Origin: an uncultured Candidatus Saccharibacteria bacterium
GTDB taxonomy: Bacteria; Patescibacteriota; Minisyncoccia; Phycocordibacterales; UBA9973
Assembly: GCA_964412965.1 (NCBI GenBank)
Contig: CAYPQU010000003.1
Location: 2,788 to 66,787 of the forward strand
Direction: 5' to 3'
Length of the DNA: 64,000 nucleotides
The notes beneath the pieces are model-generated. The model worked only from the letters and a program-made list of their open reading frames with translations. It did no database searches and was not told the DNA's origin. Shown here one piece after another: positions 60,240 through 64,000 of this stretch; the stretch's first letter is position 1; each line of letters begins with the position of its first letter. The translations under genes were made by a program, and so were the position numbers.

Positions 60240-61232
60240 CTACTTCATATAACTGCGGGAGGAACGAAAGCCCAAACGGCCGCTCCGATACGAAAAAGCA
60301 TCGGCATCGACACAGCGCCGGTCACGGCCGGGATCCCAATCCGAACAGACAAGACGGGAACCGCTTTCTGTCGAGAGCCAAGTCGCACCGTATTCATCTA
60401 AGTGCTTGCCTGTTTCTTCAAAGTATTTCTTGCATAGTATGAGGTATTCTTCAAGAGACAGAGTGATGTCTAAGGGGACATCTTCTCCTTTGATGTTTAA
60501 GGTTTGAGCTATTTCGGGATGGTCTTTCAAGTTTTGAGTGTTGTGAGTGAGGATGAGACGTACTTTGTCTTGATTTTGACTTTGAGCTTTTTCGAAACTT
60601 CCACCTTCTTTGAAATTATCACCTTCCCAATACTTTGCCTCCTTCATCTTCTCTGCTAAATCTGATAGATCTGTGGTTGGTGGAATTAGCAGGATTTCAT
60701 TGAATCCATGTTCTGTCATCTGCTTTTTAATGTCATTGATATTTGCTTCCCAGATATCTTTGATGTCTTCTTCGAAATTATCGGGTATTTCTACACCATG
60801 TGAATCATAGAAAGAAATGTATTCGTTTAACTTTTGTTCGATATTTAATGTGATTTGTTCGACTTTCCTTGTGTCGGGGAAAGTGTAGGAGGATTCGATT
60901 GATTCGGTAAGTGAGGGTAGTATTTCATTGCTGTCTAGCTTGGTTTTCATTTTTTCTACTTTGTCTAACATGCTATTTAACTTCTTTTGCATAGACATCT
61001 TTCTTTCTTCTCCTTTTCCTTCTTCTTCGTCTTCTTGATCATCAAACTTACCATCTTCTAATGATGTTTGATATTCTTTGATTAATTCTTCGATTGGAGT
61101 TTTAAGTGATTGTATTTTACCTTCTAATATACCCCTCAGTTCTTCTTGAGATTTCTCTGGTTTTGGAACACTTTTTTCTTGAGTGTTCGTGTTCTCTTTT
61201 TTGCTTTTGAATAGGTTGGTGAGAGATTCCAT
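60240..61232 (-). CDS. CLec-like variable protein, putative DGR target (paralogue C)
   Basis: Paralogue of A and B; ends LGFRSSRSYMK. Confidence 0.8.
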   Translation of the reverse strand: MESLTNLFKSKKENTNTQEKSVPKPEKSQEELRGILEGKIQSLKTPIEELIKEYQTSLEDGKFDDQEDEEEGKGEERKMSMQKKLNSMLDKVEKMKTKLDSNEILPSLTESIESSYTFPDTRKVEQITLNIEQKLNEYISFYDSHGVEIPDNFEEDIKDIWEANINDIKKQMTEHGFNEILLIPPTTDLSDLAEKMKEAKYWEGDNFKEGGSFEKAQSQNQDKVRLILTHNTQNLKDHPEIAQTLNIKGEDVPLDITLSLEEYLILCKKYFEETGKHLDEYGATWLSTESGSRLVCSDWDPGRDRRCVDADAFSYRSGRLGFRSSRSYMK

Positions 61233-61254
61233 GATAAAAGGTTATAAGTACAAG

Positions 61255-63774
61255 CTACTTCATATAACTACAGGAGGAACGGAACCCCAAACCGCCACCC
61301 TGAGCCGAAAAGCCACGGGCACCGACAAGGCGCTTGCGGTCGCCGAGATCCCAATACGAATAGACGAGACGAGCACCAGATTTGGTTGCAAGCCAAGTAT
61401 AGTTATCTTCATCTAGGTGGTGACCTGTTTCTTCAAAATATTTCTTGGAAAGGATAAGGTATTCTTCGAGGGATAGTGTTTTATCTAAGGGTACATCTTG
61501 TCCTTTGATATTTAGAGTTTTGGTAAGTTCGGGGTGATCTTTTAGATTTTGGACTTTGTGGGTGAGTACAATACGGACTTTGTCTTGGTTTTGACTTTGA
61601 GCTTTTTCGAAACTTCCACCTTCTTCGAAATTATCACCTTCCCAATACTTTGCCTCCTTCATCTTCTCTTTCATCTTCTCTGCTAAATCAGGCAAATCTG
61701 TGGTTGGTGGAATTAGCAGGATTTCATTGAATCCATATTCCTCTATTTGCTTCTCCAGGTCATCAATATTTGCTTCCCAGATATCTTTGATATCTTCTTC
61801 GAAATTATCGGGTATTTCTACACCATGCGAATCGTAAAAAGAAATGTATTCGTTTAACTTTTGTTCGATATTTAATGTGATTTGTTCGGTTTTCTCAATT
61901 TGGCCGTCTTGGTTGGTAAAAGTATATGTGGTTTTGATTTCTTCTGTTTGTGATTTTTTATCCTTCCCATATATTTTTTCAAATCTCCTACCTAGTCCAT
62001 TCAAAAATTCATCTTTATTTGAATCTATCCCTTCTTTAAGCAAGACTTCTGCTTTTAGTTTTAATAACTCTTCTCTTTTATTAAATGGATCTAGCTCTGC
62101 TACTTCTTTTAGGGTTAAGTGCTTTATATCCCCTGATTTATCCCTCAACTCTTCGGTGGCATTTTCTCCTCGAAGAGATTTAATAGCATTAAATCTGAAA
62201 ATATCTTCCGGTAGGTTTAATTCTTCAGCAGAAAGAGTTGTAAGAAAACCTTTTGACGCTAGAATCTTCGCAGCCAAAATCCTATCTTCTTTTGAATATT
62301 CGTCAAAAGTAAGGGCAGTTTTTAATCTTTGGTCTAAAAATTCAGAGAAAGATACTGTTTCTTTCTTTGTTTGCTTTTCTATGGTCCAAGAAGAAAAGAT
62401 GGCTTCCACTGTTCCTTGTGTCATTACAAATTTTTTAAGAGAATGATATTTTCCACTAGCATCCATAGCCCCTACATTCTGTGCTAGATTTTTGTCTGTC
62501 TCGTTTGTGTATGATTCTTGAATTTCAGACATAGCCTTACACAAATTTGGTAGTGTTGTATTTAAATCATAAAAAGACATATCTATGGATCCATCTTTAT
62601 TCATAAGTCTGGCAAGCATTATGTCATATGCTTCATCTGAAGGATTATATTCTATTTTAACATTGTTTTGTTCAAATTCACGAGTTATCTCTGGAGGTAA
62701 TTCTTGCCTTTCTGGATTTTTTTCTGATTTTAAGTTTGCTGTAAAAATCATTTGAAAACCTGGTTTTATGTCTACTATTCCATTGCCTACAATATTCACT
62801 TTGTCTCCTACTTTGGCATTAAATACCCCTTTAATGAAAACCATCTGTTCTTTTGGTAATGCAGTAAATTCATCAAAGATAACGACTTTACCCTCAGTCA
62901 TTGCTTTAGCAAGAGGCCCATATATCTCCACTGTTTCAATGGCTCCACTCTCTCCGCTTGGTCTTAACCCTGTTTTTCCCCAAACATTTGCTTCTCTTGT
63001 CTGCGGGTTACAAAAAACCATCTCGGGCGTTTTACCAGTAAAGTGTTCAGAGGCAAATCTAGCCAAAGAGGTCTTTCCTGTTCCCGTTGGTCCGTGCAAT
63101 AACATTGGTTTGCTTGTAAGCATTCTGTCTCCGATGGCATCCAAATCTTTTTCCACTTCTGGGGTGATGCAGATGTGCCCAGGCTGGCTTAAATTTTTCT
63201 TGTATTCTACCAACTTCGCTTGTTGTAATGTATTTTGATCAACACCTTCTAAAAAGTTTTCTTTTTCAATAATTTCATTTTTTACTGAGTCTAATATTTT
63301 TTCATTTCTTTCTTTTGTTTCTTTAGAACATTTGGGATCTAATATTTCAAAAATCTTATGAATCCTATAATCTTTGAGTTTAGAAATTTCTTCCAGTGAT
63401 TCTTGAACTTTGCTTATTTGAGGATTTTCTTTTCTTATAGAAGAATAATCAATTTTAGAAAGATTATTTAAAAGTTCTTTTTCGTACTCTTTTTTTTGAT
63501 TTTTTAAAATTTTCTTTGATTCAGAAAAACCACCATTTTCCTCTATACTAAAAGAGGATGCTTTGTCTTCTAAGTCAACCAAATCATCTTTATAATGCTT
63601 TTCGTAAATTTTTTTCTTAAAAGCGTCGAGATCTGACCCCCCGCCATTTTTCGTAATTCCAAATTCGTTTTTAATAGTTTTCTTTAATTCTAATCGATCC
63701 TCAAAAACCTTATGAAAATTAAGATTTTTTTCACCCTCGCCTTCTTTTGGGTTAAAATTAGGTTTGTTTTCCAT
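61255..63774 (-). CDS. MoxR/AAA_5-type ATPase fused to a CLec-like variable domain (putative DGR target D)
   Basis: Walker A GPTGTGKT, Walker B VIFDE, sensor-1 FTAN; last ~220 aa are homologous to paralogues A-C. Confidence 0.88.
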   Translation of the reverse strand: MENKPNFNPKEGEGEKNLNFHKVFEDRLELKKTIKNEFGITKNGGGSDLDAFKKKIYEKHYKDDLVDLEDKASSFSIEENGGFSESKKILKNQKKEYEKELLNNLSKIDYSSIRKENPQISKVQESLEEISKLKDYRIHKIFEILDPKCSKETKERNEKILDSVKNEIIEKENFLEGVDQNTLQQAKLVEYKKNLSQPGHICITPEVEKDLDAIGDRMLTSKPMLLHGPTGTGKTSLARFASEHFTGKTPEMVFCNPQTREANVWGKTGLRPSGESGAIETVEIYGPLAKAMTEGKVVIFDEFTALPKEQMVFIKGVFNAKVGDKVNIVGNGIVDIKPGFQMIFTANLKSEKNPERQELPPEITREFEQNNVKIEYNPSDEAYDIMLARLMNKDGSIDMSFYDLNTTLPNLCKAMSEIQESYTNETDKNLAQNVGAMDASGKYHSLKKFVMTQGTVEAIFSSWTIEKQTKKETVSFSEFLDQRLKTALTFDEYSKEDRILAAKILASKGFLTTLSAEELNLPEDIFRFNAIKSLRGENATEELRDKSGDIKHLTLKEVAELDPFNKREELLKLKAEVLLKEGIDSNKDEFLNGLGRRFEKIYGKDKKSQTEEIKTTYTFTNQDGQIEKTEQITLNIEQKLNEYISFYDSHGVEIPDNFEEDIKDIWEANIDDLEKQIEEYGFNEILLIPPTTDLPDLAEKMKEKMKEAKYWEGDNFEEGGSFEKAQSQNQDKVRIVLTHKVQNLKDHPELTKTLNIKGQDVPLDKTLSLEEYLILSKKYFEETGHHLDEDNYTWLATKSGARLVYSYWDLGDRKRLVGARGFSAQGGGLGFRSSCSYMK

Positions 63775-63807
63775 ATGTATTACAATTGTAAAACAAAAAC
63801 TAGATTT

Positions 63808-64000
63808 TTACAAATCCTTCTCGGCTTCAATAAAATTATCCAAATTTCCATCCTCTAGAACAGAATCAACATTGCTAGTTTCTACCAGAGTGCGGTGATC
63901 TTTTATCATTTTATATGGGTGTAAGACATAAGACCGAATTTGATTTCCCCACTCTATTTCTGTGGTTTTTGATATTGAAAAACCATCTTTTTCTCTTTTT
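63808..64000 (-). CDS. prfB: peptide chain release factor 2, 3' part (runs off the window)
   Basis: Minus strand translates [32 protein letters not shown]. Confidence 0.93.
   Translation of the reverse strand, partial: KREKDGFSISKTTEIEWGNQIRSYVLHPYKMIKDHRTLVETSNVDSVLEDGNLDNFIEAEKDL

Larger units (their letters stand above)
55910..63831. mobile_element. putative genomic islet inserted at the prfB 3' end (no integrase in the islet)
   Basis: Flanking direct repeat; interrupts the prfB-ftsE adjacency; contains five accessory genes. Confidence 0.7.

Noticed and set aside
61844-63238. Long antisense ORFs (200 and 156 aa); likewise 18042-18617, 36325-36816, 38395-38859
   Set aside because: Shadow frames of well-supported genes, S/F/L/I-rich and without motifs
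1-64000. DGR reverse transcriptase, Avd or template repeat inside the window
   Set aside because: No ORF with RT motifs and no non-coding AAY-rich copy of either VR type was found by eye; only candidate target genes are present
1-64000. Alternative genetic code (TGA recoding)
   Set aside because: Housekeeping genes translate to full length under code 11 with no in-frame TGA

Overview
AT-rich bacterial chromosome segment with the hallmarks of a Patescibacteria/CPR (Parcubacteria-like) genome: shortened DnaX, IF2, MetRS and RelA, archaeal/eukaryote-type GlyRS, type-2 IleRS, and many apparently leaderless genes. It mostly carries housekeeping genes (eno, dnaX, serS, dprA-topA, relA, parB, clpB, infB-rbfA, secG, rnj, rpsF-ssb-rpsR, metG, glyQS, recO, ileS, argS, dut/thyA/dCMP deaminase/tmk, pyrG, ftsEX, prfB 3' end), four tRNAs and an ileS T-box. 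The standout is a ~7.9 kb cassette (55934-63807) between prfB and ftsE, bracketed by a direct repeat of the last prfB codons. It encodes a MoxR/AAA_5-type ATPase fused to a C-type-lectin-like variable domain, a HExxH+vWA protein, and three stand-alone paralogues of the variable domain. The 3' ends of these genes show the codon pattern expected from diversity-generating retroelement (DGR) adenine mutagenesis, but no reverse transcriptase, template repeat or integrase is visible in the window. Two type IV pilin-like proteins with DUF1566/CLec-like C-termini are further candidate DGR targets. Several families of palindromic elements occur in intergenic regions and in-frame inside genes.
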